Assembly: GCA_051294905.1 (NCBI GenBank)
Contig: CM119371.1
Span: 11,284,001-11,348,000 of the forward strand
Direction: 5' to 3'
DNA length: 64,000 bases
From: Botryllus schlosseri
Lineage: Eukaryota
The notes beneath the pieces were generated by a model. It searched no databases. It was given only the letters and a program-made list of their open reading frames with translations, and was not told the origin of the DNA. Made by a program: the position numbers and the translations under genes. Of this stretch, positions 13,210-25,750 are shown piece by piece; positions within the stretch are counted from its first letter, which is position 1, and each line of letters starts with the position of its first letter.

Positions 13210-13992
13210 TCTTTGAATAAAGCATTTAAACGGCCTTAACGATCTCTAGGAATATACCATTCTCGTATAATTGCGATTGCAATTAGGCTAATTCCAGTAA
13301 ATGAATGTTTTTATATTTCTATTTTATGGCATGTTTTGCGAGGGTGGTAGTCTCCATATTAAAATCAATAAATGTGGCAATAAATCGCGCACAGCGCGAA
13401 GAAAGATATCATGCATCAGCATAAATATTCCCAAAACATATTGTTTTTATGCTGATTTACGAAAAAATTATGAGCCAACGTCAAAATTCCGAACATTTGG
13501 CATATTTGAGAAATTCCTCCCGAACGCTAGTTTCAACAGTGAAATTCCGTACATGTCCGGGAAATTCCGGACGTATGGCAACCCTACCCCACTACGCTAT
13601 CTCACCACAGCAAACACACGTTCTTGTTCTCTAAATTATATTGTATGTGCGCCTGCGTCCCATTCCCATGTTCAAAATATTTGGTGGGCGATTTTCGTGT
13701 TTGTCTTGCTGGACAGTGTGTTATTTTGTACGCCTACGAATTGCAACTAATCAAGCAATGGCCGCGATGCGAGATAATCAATGCGCGGGCAGAACACCAT
13801 CGTGTTGGCTACATGTGACCAATTATGGATTTGATGCGCGATCTCGCGTTTCTAATCATCTGTTTACCGAATACTGTGCATGCATGTTTTCTGTACCACC
13901 ATCATAGCCGCTTTTATGTATTTTGGTAGGATGAAAATAAATACTATGATCTTTGTGTCTCGGCTTCGGCGATTTATCATTATTGTCTGCTT

Positions 13993-14330
13993 GGGGAAAC
14001 TATAGTGGCGCAGTGTGCTAAGCGACACTGTCACGACACCAATAGTTGCGGGTCGAGTCCCGGATCTGTCACGCTTCTATGTGTCGGAGGTTTGTCTGGG
14101 CTCCTCATCGGCGACCCCGCGTCTTGAAAAGCCGAGAAGAAGAGTGAGTCGAGCTCCAAAGTCGGCAGCAGATACCTGAAAGTGGACGCACAAAAGCGAG
14201 AGAGGATAAAAAGTGACAGTGCGCGCGCAAGAAAAGCCGTCCTCATCATCCAGAGCTAAGACACTGAACTTTAGGAAACGTACTGTCTTGGCGCACAAGG
14301 CCTACAAAGGCGATTAGCGCCACTGTCATT
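13993..14330 (+). mobile_element. tRNA-derived SINE, family 2
   Basis: A box GTGGCGCAGTG, B box GGGTCGAGTCC (14050-14060); central TGTCGGAGGTT..GGCTCCT shared with 53230-53568. Confidence 0.65.
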
Positions 14331-16234
14331 GATGTGTTATGATATTATTAATTATTGATTTCTTGATACAATCGTATTCCCAAATTTTCGCGCAATGTGA
14401 CTTGACAATGCGTCGGTCAATTCGTTACTAACGCAACGCGTTGTGCTCTGCACGCGTTGAATTACATTGTCAAATATCGTTGCAACACTGGATTCTCGTT
14501 GGCACAAAGCCTGATTTTCTTCGATTAGTTAGAACGGGAGCCTTCTATCTTTCAATAAAGTAGGTCGCCGCTGGACAGACTGGTAAGACAGCACACCAAT
14601 ATCGACTTTCCACTAGTTGCGCATTTGGCAGAAAGCGAGTTCTTATTGATAAAGTCATACACTCATATTCTTCTTGCTTCAGTTAGACTTGAATCATCGT
14701 ATAATTGTATCCGCTGTATGTTTTGGTAAAAATGAGAACAGGGCCGGTCAGGACTGTATAGAAATGTCGCGAGGGTTAAGAATGCAAGAAGCAATACCTT
14801 GCGACTTATACCAGATTCGACACCACAGGGATCTCATGAGTGTAATGGTGAATTTTAAAAAATCTTATACAGTTGCAGTTCGAATTCGGCCTTCCAAAGA
14901 AAATGTCTGCCACCAATTTCTACCCATTTTATGTTCATTTGAGACCGCATTGCCCCTTATATTCCCCGCTCATAATGTGATTAGCTGATGTCTTATTTTA
15001 ATAATTACGTAATAAAAAGAAATGTAGATTCAGTGACTTGATTCTGGTGAATTGGATCGACGCACACATGTCCAGTGTTGGGCACATCTGCGCACACTCG
15101 TGAAAAAGTCGAGGGTGTATTGTCCATACCGCAACATGACGGATTTATAATCGTTTGCGAATCGTGGTATATGAAAGTTTAGGACGCATTGTCCTGAAGT
15201 ATCATTACGGTAGAGATACATAAAAATTCCACTCACCAGAACCGCCATTGCACATTTCTTCGACAAACCGGATTACGGTTCAACGCGACAGAAACGTTTC
15301 TGACTAATTTGACTTGATACTTTCTTTAAACATATGTATTTATATCATTCTGGTAAATATCACCATCGCTTCGTATTAAATACCAACCAGTTACTTCAGC
15401 TGTTTTATGTAAATTCCATACGCGAAATAATCGACGCAAACTTCTCCACTCGAATCAATACAGTTCAAACTCGACTCATATTGAAGTACTCGAATACCTG
15501 TGCATGAGCTCAACACGGTGCAATAGTCGAAGATATAGTAACCTGCGTCGTACATGCGCTGACCACTAGTGCTCCGTGAATGACGTTCGATTTTACCAAT
15601 ACGTTATCTCAACTAACAATCCTAGTAGCAATACGTTGGTGGACGACTTCCTACGAACAAATTAAAGGCAATTCTCAACATCCTTCGCAATTCTACGTCT
15701 TTTCATAGATTCAACTCCTCTATAGATATGTTTTTCATAAATATCCCACGTAAATGCCCAAAACCACCATCTACTTAAACTTCCGCTCTGCGCAATACAA
15801 GGGTACCGTTGATTTCACATTACAAGCGGTTAATACGCCCTTTAAAATCATATTTGCACTAATGGTAACGTGTCCAAATATCGCAAGTGGAAACTGAAAG
15901 TGATGGTCCGTTTTTGTGTGTTTATTTTGGTAATATAGTCGATATAAAATTGTTTGAGCGTATTAAGCAGCATATCCCAAAATTGATTCGGTCAAAAACA
16001 TGCGCAAATGATCGCACGGAGCTTGCACGTCAGTGCAAATTGGCTGCCAAAACAGACTGCTATGACGATTACCAAGCATATGCTTCGTAAATTGGTCAGC
16101 ATCTGAGTGAAAACCTGGTCTGTGCAGAGCACTATGGTGACAATATGTTCACTGTAATTGCACGTGGTAGGTCATTGTTTCATTTAAGAGAGTTAGAGTC
16201 TACTATTATTGAGTTGAACAAACCTATTTTATGC

Positions 16235-16591
16235 TAGGCTTGCCATATTTTGGAAATCTAAAAAGAGAACACTTTTTCAGAAATTTGAGACTTGCAAAAC
16301 CGGAGAAGAATTCTCATAAATCGGTGAATTTTTCCCACTTTGTGATCGGTTGACTAAAAAAAAGTCAACTTTTCGCTCAGAGCTCAAATAACCGTTTTTC
16401 ACTCCGAAATACCCGCCGGAGCGTCACTTCTGTGATAATTTACGGCATATCACTCGCATTTTGCTCTAAATGTGACCTAAATTCTCAAAAAAACCTCAAA
16501 AAAGAGGATAAAAGGGCGTCGTCCGAGGACACTTTCAAAAAAGTCAAAAAAGAGGACAAATCCTCTTAAAAGAGGATGTATGGTATCCCTA
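16235..16591. mobile_element. hAT MITE (TAGGCTTACC family) inserted in the PLE endonuclease
   Basis: TAGG...CCTA-type ends; perfect 8-bp TSD TTTTATGC. Confidence 0.9.
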
Positions 16592-16840
16592 TTTTATGCA
16601 GACAAAAAGATTTCCTCTATAACCTACAAATTTCTCATTAGTGCGTGTTGTTTCGTGCGTGCACCTGTTTATTCACAAATTGCGCTGCTACTATAGTACC
16701 GTATGACCCTATACTTCATATTTGTTATTGTTGCCATTGGTACAATGCGAATTACATGGTCTGTGATTTTGATTGTTGCGTCATACTTTGCCTTTTTAAT
16801 TTTGCTTCTAAATCTGTATAAATACCTTTAGTGTGCCGTT

Positions 16841-16877
16841 AACTCTTGAAAAGAGACACCCGAAAAGTCTTCGAGTT
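16841..16877 (+). ncRNA. Minimal type I hammerhead ribozyme (U3-A8 variant) in PLE pLTR
   Basis: Stem I AACUC/GAGUU; core UUGAAAA; single G-C stem II; GAAA; stem III AAG-U-CUU; UUC cleavage triplet (C16872); AATAAA immediately downstream. Confidence 0.7.
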
Positions 16878-18821
16878 TAATAAATATTCTGCTACAATGG
16901 ATGTTGTATTGACAGCTATATTCAAGTTCTGTACCAGGAACCAGCAATTTAAGTATCCCAGTCTACATGCATGCCTGTCCTCAGTAATATATACGTTTGT
17001 TTTTATTTACATACTGGAGTAAAGGATTGCTCTTACTCTTTTACGTTTATTTGTGCAATGTAACGCATTTTTCAACTCTCCGTCACTGCATATTTGAGCA
17101 TTGAGCATTCATACCAATTCTTAGGGCGAAACCACGCTTGCCTAACACAATGCATATGGTATCGGCGACCGCTTTCACATTATGGGCAGTTAAGCGACGC
17201 CGATTACTTCTTTTGAGCTTATCTTAACAGGCCCATATATCACATGGGGATGACTGTAAATGACATTTTTTTTGTGCGTTTCTTTGTCACATCACTCTCA
17301 AACGGTTGAACAGCATTTAGGTAGAATGCAACACACCAATATGTGCGATGAACATAAACTATTATAAATGATATTGCTGCAACATCAGTGCTCAAATAAT
17401 CCAACCCTAGGATGGGACTGATCCGCGTAATCGTAGCCGGTGTCTTGAAAGGCCTAGAAATAAGAGCTACACGTCAGCATACTCGAATTCGTAATAAAGA
17501 ATGCCGGCCTGGTGTATAGATCACCAATGGCCATGTTGTCGAAAACCATAGGTTGCAGCTGTTTGAATTATTTGGGGACTTTATCAGTGATGTCAAACTA
17601 AATTTGGGTAGCTGGCCGGTTTCAGACCTTTTGATCGCTTGCGTGCGGACCAGTCAAATGATTTCAACAATATGTTACCCGCCAAATCATTTATTTTACA
17701 ATTGAATGTTGTTTTTAACAGGCCTACACACAATAGTAATAATTATATTTCGGATGATAAGGGCTCTATTCCTGCAACACAATCATTGCAAATACCTCAA
17801 TTGACAAAATCACGATGATAGGCCGACCCAATACAATCATAAATTACCAAAACTGCGACCCTACCGACGATAAATGTTTGCATAATTCCATGCACGAACG
17901 TATTCATGCTTGTGAATAACACTGGTCAACACATTTTTAGGGGGACAAAGTAAGAGTGGTTTTGGGGGTTCTGAAGGGCACTGATTCCGAATATGACCTT
18001 GTTTTTTTCAAATTGGCTCTTGTTGTGGAGATAACCTATGGGGCTATTTTGACCGAAATCTCCCATTTTCGCGATAATAACTAGATATAAAATCGGCTCA
18101 GTCGTACTATAAAGTTTAGAAAATCAATCTACTTATTATTTTTACACACAGAAGACTCTTTTAAATGAAAATACAGCAACAGGACTGTATAGGGGTAATA
18201 GATTTATCATAATTACAGATTTTCACGGATATCATGTACATAAATAAATTGCAGTAATGTACATAAGTATTTACCTTGACACTCAAATAACGTGACATTA
18301 ATTCAATCAGTTTTACGTCAACCAGATATTGTAAAGTTGAAATAATCAGTTGGAATATAATAGTATTGATATATTTTGAATCACAATTGTTTTTTGTATG
18401 ATTTTCGCACGTAAGCTATTTAGTGCAGTTTCTTGAAAGTTTGCGGCAATGGTCTGACATAATATGTTCAATTGTTCATCTCATCTGCCCTGATATCTTT
18501 CTTTTGTTGTTCTGATGTCTTGGTAGAACCTCTCCCCTTGCTAATCAACAAGATGATCAGGGAATATATCAAGATTTCTGAACAGGAAGTGAACTTTTAT
18601 GCTCATGTTTGTGCTCAAGTGTTCGATATGCAGATACGAATTTTCGGACCAACTGTTTGTTATTGGGTGCTTATGATCATCTAAAGTTTTATTTACTACA
18701 TCTTAGGAGAAATTACATGCAGTGAACTCCTTCTTAATGTAAAATTGGAATCTTTCATCAGTATTCGAGTATACCAGATACCAGATTCAAGCTTCTCGTT
18801 TGATAGGGTTACTAGGTATAC

Positions 18822-19180
18822 TAGGCTTACCATACGTCCTCTTTTTTGTCCTCTTTTTTGACTTTTTCGAAAGCATCCTCGGAGGACGCCCTTTTGTCCT
18901 CTTTTTTGAGATTTTGTCCTCTTTTTTGAAAATTTAGGCAGATTTAGAGCAAATTGCGAGTGATATGCCGCATATTAGCACAGAAGTGAAGCTCCGGCGG
19001 GTATTTCGGAGGGAAAAACGGTGATTTCAGCTCTGAGCAGAAGTGAAGATCTTTTTTTTAGTCAACCGATCACAAAGTGGGAAAAATTAACCGCTATTTG
19101 AGAATTTCACTCCGGTTTTGCATGTTGCAAATTTCTGAAAAAGTGTCCTCTTTTTTGATTTCCAAAATATGGTGAGCCTA
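18822..19180. mobile_element. hAT MITE (TAGGCTTACC family)
   Basis: TIR TAGGCTTACCATA / TATGGTGAGCCTA; perfect TSD AGGTATAC. Confidence 0.92.
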
Positions 19181-22100
19181 AGGTATACCCACTTTGTTGA
19201 CTCAGGGAAAAATTATCAATTTACCAGTCGAAAGAAAGGAGACGCATATGAGTATTGTAGTTAAGCCTTCCAAGGACAAATTTTATAGTTTTATACTCAT
19301 CTTTAATCTTGGTAGAATGACCAGTTGATACAGGAGATTATGTATTTCGGTTGTGCAAAAGTACAAATTTTAGGCTTCACAAACTGCTTTTTTGACAAAC
19401 AAATATTTCGCATCATGTCCTGGTAATATTGATAGAACGACTTAGAATGACATGAGGATTCTTTATAGTCAATTAGTTATTTATAAGCAGTATAACATTA
19501 GAAAAAACTACGATCTTCTTCATATCAAGTGAAATATTTAGGGACAAAAACAGTAATTTTGGGCGATTTTAGGGGTGTAAATATCTCCTGACAAAGAGCC
19601 AATCCGACAAAACTAATGTGATATTCGTAATCAGCAACCTCAAAATCCCAGAAACGGCTTTCAGATGTTCTGCCTAATTTTTGTTGACCAGTGTAACTGC
19701 TGTGTTTACAGTAAACTCTGAACAGACTGTGCATTTCTTTCCTAATCCTTGTTCCTAATGGTGCCTAAGGTAGGGTATAACATGCAACAGTGCCGTTGTT
19801 TGGTTATAATGTGATATATATCAGCAAATGAATATGTTCAACATTTGCTGTCTTGAGGGATTGTTATCGTGGTAGTACTCCTTTTTAAATCTTAACTTTT
19901 GTTAGACATGTGTTGAATATTATTGGCATTCTTCCATTCTTTCCTGGATTCATTAGCGAGCCGGATGAAGTAGCATGCCAGGCCGTATCTTTGACAGCCC
20001 TGATCCACATTCTATATTAGGTGCAGGCAACAAGCGGTTCGTGAAGGGATTTTGAACGGCTCGCAGACACTTGCCGGTCTTACATGATAATATGGACCAC
20101 GGTCACAGCCTGCCGCAATCCCTGCACTACTTCCTTACTACGTTAAATTATAGTGCCAGTATAGGTTATTCTTTATGTCTTTGTTGTCTTTTGTGTTGCG
20201 CGTTTATGTGTCAATGAATGGATTCAAGTTTGCCAACCTGAGAAAGATGGCCACGACATTACTTGTTCTGTCCGGGTCGGCATACAATTGCGAGTAAACA
20301 TTTTCGAACATGAACATTAATAAAATGAAGTCAAGTTCCAATCTAACTGATGTTCTCATGCTGGGTTTCTACATCAGATATGTAGCCAGAGTTCAAAGAA
20401 CTTGTTGACAACTTTGATCGACCACATATATCTAATCGACTTTAACAGCTATTGACGTACATTACGTTAATAAACTCGTTGAATACTGTTTTTAATTTCT
20501 ATGCTTTAAAGTTGAAGTTTACTTTAGATATGATTTACTCCTTGTATGGGTGGATAAATCAGAGAATAAAGTATCGATTCAGGAATCCAGGCAGCTAAGT
20601 ACTTAACTTTTCCACATCAGGCCCGCCGACTGGAGAACTTGACCACCCCGATGCTGTCAATTACCACATCTTAAAGCGCCTCTACTCATATAGGCAGGGA
20701 AGGAAGACATACAGCAGACCACGTGTAGTATATAGAATCAGAGGAATACCGCTTTTATTCCGACACTCTGGGTTATGCATGACTATCTGTTACCTATTCC
20801 ATATCCGGATGCATATTGTGGCAGATGCTTTCAAATATGTTTCCCGTATGTGATGACAAACGCGTGGTTTGGTAAAGCTTATTTTAATCGTATCCCCGGT
20901 GTTGTATGTAAACTACCTGCCCCGATCCGTTGATATCATTGTGGAAGTTACATGCAGGTTCAGTGTGCGCTATCTTCATATTCCATTAATTCTGGGAAAC
21001 CGAGTGTTAAAATTATTTTAGTCTGTAAATGGTAATCGATATTTAATCGAGATTCCAATATCTCGAATCACAGTGACGTACTATTGTATGCTTTAGGTGT
21101 GGATCTTCCGATTATGTACATATGAGGAGATTAAGATGACACCGTGCACATTTGCCGAGGCGTTGTTTCAGTGACTCGCATCTCAATACGAGTAAATATT
21201 TGGCTATCTGGAAGAATATTGATGGAGAGTTAAGCGCACAGTTGTAATTTTTAGAATATCGCTGTGCCATTCGAATAATTTAGTCATTCGTGCCACTGTC
21301 AATAAAGCATTTGAATCTCTCGATAGGGCCTTCGTAGATCATGAGTGTTATATGCGGCATTGAATAGCTAAACTGCAGTTGAGCAAGTCATTTTGTATGA
21401 TCCTTCGATCAAGGAGGCCTATATATTAAGGCCTGTATTTAATACTGTTGGTGAATCGAGCCTTTATTTGGCGCACCAAATGAATTACGACATAGCAGTT
21501 GCTTCGTGACAATACTAATGAAATGAAAATGATCGATAGTCACCAGAAACTCGCAGGCTCCATGACTGGGCTAAGCCACGTATCGTAGTTCGATTTTGGT
21601 ATCATGTCAAATCGTCACGCAAATCATGGCAATGACAGAAAGGATAAATGTCGTTACGACCGAGCTATACGAAGGTGATCTCTAATGAAGTAGGCTACTT
21701 CTACTTTTCCGGACAACCTAAGTCGACTTTGAATACTTTCACTACTCACTGAATTGGTTAGGCTTTCAAACTCTTTCCACCATAATCTTTTAACAGTTTT
21801 TGAAGCTACCTACTTTTTGGAATTTTGATTTTATAAAAAGAAGAGTATATTTTTTAGGTATATGTTTGCATCTACTTTATGAGTCTAATTGTCATAAAAT
21901 AGCCCCTCTATGATTCCGAATGGAATTATTTTTCGAATACATTTATTTGTAGTGTAATTATCGTGTGGCTGCGATACATCATTCCATATTAAAAGCAATC
22001 TGCCCCGAATAACTGCCTAATTAGTAATTTTAAGCTAATATGTGCAAGATAATTCAAAGAAATTTTGACATGTCCCAGCATTAATTAATCTATTCGTTAC

Positions 22101-22270
22101 TGAAAAGAAATCTACGACAATACCTCTACAGCAGGGTTGTCAAACATACGACCCGCCAGACGATTTCATCCAGCTCGCGAAGCCCTTCAGAGTAGATTGA
22201 AAAATGCCTATGTTATCCAGCACATTGGTAACAAATGTTTTAATCTTACAGTAAACAATACTGTCCACAA

Positions 22271-23853
22271 CAGAGTTGGATCAATTGTAATTTGTAATTG
22301 TTAATGAATGTAATAAATTACATTTTTCAATGTAATTGTAATGTAATTGTAATTGAAGCATTTTTATTTCGTGTAATTGTAATTGTAATTGTAATTTGAC
22401 AAAAATTTTGCTCAATTACAATTTCAATTACATTAAATTGCTATTGAGACCTGACAAGCACAACATAAAATAATTGACTTATAATGCATTCTCTTTAAAT
22501 GTCGACAAGGAATTTGGTGGGTCCATTCGCGGAAGCCCTTGACTGCGCCCTTGCGGGCGAAGTTTTTTTTCTTCATTTTTACCGATATGATGGCCTCGGC
22601 TGCCATTGTATACAATTTTTAGATTACTAATCAACGGATGGATTCGCAACACCTGACTCACGATTGAATACGCCGAGAAGCGAACTGCTGAGCCGGCTAA
22701 AAGCAGCAGAATTGATAATCCTATAGCTGGCGATCCAAGCGCCGAAATTTGACATGTATGGTCCTAATCGAAAGCTAGTGTCGCACTGATTCCGCGATAA
22801 AAGTATATTTCCAGGCAATGGTACCATCCCAAAATAGTCGTGAAAGTCTGGGAATCGGCATTGTTCTGAACAATCGCTGGGCGTAATTGGTAATTGTTGT
22901 GGTCATGCTGCTGCAGCGCTTTCACTTTTCAGAACAGTCGGCCTTAAACGGCTATTTTGGACCAGTTACATTGCCCTGACGAGATTTTACTTTGTATTTT
23001 CGGAATTAGTACATCAATAGCTTACGATAAAGACCAGTTGCATCAAATTTGGACGCATGGATCGCCAGCTCTAGGACTACAAAGTTTGCTGCTTTTAGCC
23101 GGCTCTGCAGGGCAGTACGTTTGTCGGTGCATTCATCCGTGACTCACATCTTGCGCATCCGTGGGTTGGCAATCTACAATACGATTTCAGATCACGATGC
23201 TGCATCGTTATTCGTTACTTCGTCTGGCTACCTAACCACACCACTGGATATTATATAACGTCTTATCTGACAAAGCACGGTTTTGTTTTTACTCCTCATC
23301 CTAATTCCTACGTCCCTCGATAAAAATATTAATTTTTCTTTAATTATATACTATATACGCAAATCCAACACGTGCATATATTATAATACTTTTTCAACGA
23401 CATACTGCACCCTATCCTTAATCCTAACCCATAGGAAATTACGTAAATAACATTTTACATTTCCAATTACGTGAGCCATAATTACCGAGCATACCAAACA
23501 CGCTTATATTACGTCACAATGACTTCTTACATGGCATACTATGTACGGTGTACGCACATAAACGCATTTATTACTACACAATCTGAACTAGACTTGAATT
23601 GTTGTTAAATACGACGATACGGTTGTCAAGGAGCACGGTTGAATTTATGATTATTTAATTTCATGTTCAACAGCAGCAATTGTAATTGTAATTGTAATGT
23701 AATTGAAGCATGCAAAGAGTAATTGTAATTGTAATTGTAATTTGATATTTTTAGCATGGAGTAATTGTAATTGTAATGTAATTGAAACATTCATGAAAGT
23801 AATTGTAATTGTAATTGTAATTGAACTGAAATAATGTAATTGATCCAACTCGG
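22271..23853. mobile_element. Non-autonomous hAT with (GTAATT)n subterminal arrays
   Basis: TIR CAGAGTTGGATCA / TGATCCAACTCGG; perfect TSD GTCCACAA; internal inverted repeat ~22690-22770 vs ~23040-23110. Confidence 0.88.
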
Positions 23854-24039
23854 GTCCACAATTCAGAAAATGTCAAGATCAAAGGTCACATTATGATCAT
23901 GCTACAGCGGTGGTATGTATACTGTACAGCCACGGTCAGGAACCAATTGGTGACGCTGTTTATTTGTTTGTGGTGTTCATGGTGTTAGCCGACTACTATG
24001 GTCAATGGTCATTTACACCAGGCCGATATTCGTCATGAG

Positions 24040-24325
24040 AATAGTGTGGACGGCGCGTGATCGTGGCGTGCCACGGCTGGAACACCAATTGCTTGTGGGT
24101 TCGAGTCCGACCGGGGTCGACTCCAGAATTCCCACCCATGTGTTGTAGGTATATCTAGGATCCTCCTGGCCATGCGATCAGCACAGGCGATGTCTTACAT
24201 AAAACCTGGAAGTGGATCGAGGTACAAGTCGGCAGACACACAAAATAATTAGGAATATCGACATGGTGTAAATGAACATTGTAGTCGACAAGCACCGTGA
24301 ATACCACAAACAAACGCCGAAGAAG
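24040..24325 (+). mobile_element. tRNA-derived SINE, family 1
   Basis: B box GGGTTCGAGTCC, GACTCCAGAATTC motif, 3' end GAATACCACAAACAAAC; an opposite-orientation tail lies at ~23955-24030. Confidence 0.75.
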
Positions 24326-25750
24326 AAATCGTGAATTTCGTCGAATAACTCCGCAGCGTTGGGTGACACTTGGGTAGACGACACATCGCGGCAAAACATT
24401 TTAACTTCCATCCCATTCCGATTGGACGAAAACGAGTAAAATGCACCAATTTGTACGGCTATGAATCCCAGGGCGGTAGTATACTTTTTTTTAAAATAAC
24501 TACCTCAATAATGCTGAGTATAAGGCCTTACATTACAACAGTATTGATGTTGCGGATAGCGTAGACCTACGCACGCTGCTCACCATCATCGACCGCATTA
24601 TTGCGTCATTGTTACCTAAACAAGTTATAAACTTTCCATCGCTGATGTCGGACAAATCCTGTCGTGAATTCAAACGAATTTGTGTAACATAAACCTCGTT
24701 ACATTTTGATCATGAAGCCATGTTGTTAGTAGCGACTTCTACTTGTCCTGCCTCTTGGCTATAGTACCCAACACAGCACATTTGGATACGAACGAGAATT
24801 TTTTTTAATTATTTTCTTGCAAGAAATTCAACAATAATGACGCACATACTAAAATATCGCTCTGATGTCGTCACGAGCCTAGGTAACCTACAAAACTTCA
24901 GTCGACCACGGTCGCACTCGAGCCTGCACGTTCGCTCATTGTTGCACCAAATCGGACTGGATTCCTGCATGCCCCACTAACGGCTGGCAAAGTCTTGGAA
25001 GAACGGATTTATTTCCAATTCTCAGAGATACATAGTAACAAACTGTCGAATTTCGCGCATCAATAAAAATAATAACTGATAACTGATAATACCGAATTCG
25101 GGTTCATTAATTATTGCGAGAACGGGAACGTGCCCTGCGGCCATTATGGGCTTAAAACAATTCAATTTAGACTTTAGAGGATGAGAACGTGTATTGCTCG
25201 TCTAATCGCGAGAGGGCAAGATGCTTGGCATTTTAAATAGGAAACTCCGCGACCCAACTGTTGGGAAGCACTGTTCTGTGTCAACGCGCACGTGGATCCG
25301 AACCTATGACGTCATGTGACGTCCCATTCCTAATTCCGACCCTATGTTTCCGTAAAGTAATATATTAATTTACGCGGTACATACGGACGACTCCGTCGAC
25401 ATTATGTCACAATGCGGAAGTATACATGCTGACTTTTTAAACGTCACCAAACATATCAACTGGCACAATAGAATACCAATATCTTCTGTCACTTTGCCTA
25501 CGAATTGCAGAGGGCTCGCAACGGAATACAAACTTGCGCCTTACGTTCTAGGCCAGAATGGACAACGTATTCTTGAGTGGTCAGAAAACACTTTTACTTT
25601 GTTGAACATTGTAATCAGTGGCGCTAAACAACGCCATAAAAGCCAGTTTCACCTTCTCAGTAATTCCAATGCTTACATGTCACCAAACACATCGCACCGA
25701 CTGAGAACTCCTATGAGCTTCTGAAATTGCTATTCAATATTCCGCAGCCA

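Larger units (their letters stand above)
11590..13586. mobile_element. hAT MITE (TAGGGTTACC family) split by about 1.8 kb of internal sequence
   Basis: Left part 11590-~11665 and right part ~13478-13586 together match the intact 183-bp copy at 45366-45548; left flank CACTACGC recurs after a 3-nt filler on the right. Confidence 0.7.
15750..16948 (+). mobile_element. Penelope-like element 3' fragment (degenerate GIY-YIG endonuclease plus 3' pLTR), interrupted by a MITE
   Basis: LFERIKQHIPKLIRSK...IGQHLSEN...LESTIIELNKPILC|RQKDFLYNLQISH*; homologous to 60270-62220; left boundary approximate. Confidence 0.8.

Noticed and set aside
15030-15266. 78-aa minus ORF with Cys/Trp residues and internal GT/AG sites
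   Set aside because: The implied intron is only 43 nt, no consistent exon chain joins gene A, and there is no counterpart in B or C
20225-20345. CTGAGAA motif plus AATAAA that looked like a hammerhead or pLTR
   Set aside because: C3-A8 mismatch and no GAAA/stem III; more likely a LINE 3' UTR, but too weak to call
21490-21565. Candidate gene A signal exon (MEPASFW*LSIIFISLVLSRSNCYV) sharing CAATACTAAT with B and C
   Set aside because: In-frame stop, and a phase-0 donor that does not fit the phase-1 mucin exon; gene A's first exon remains unlocated or degenerate
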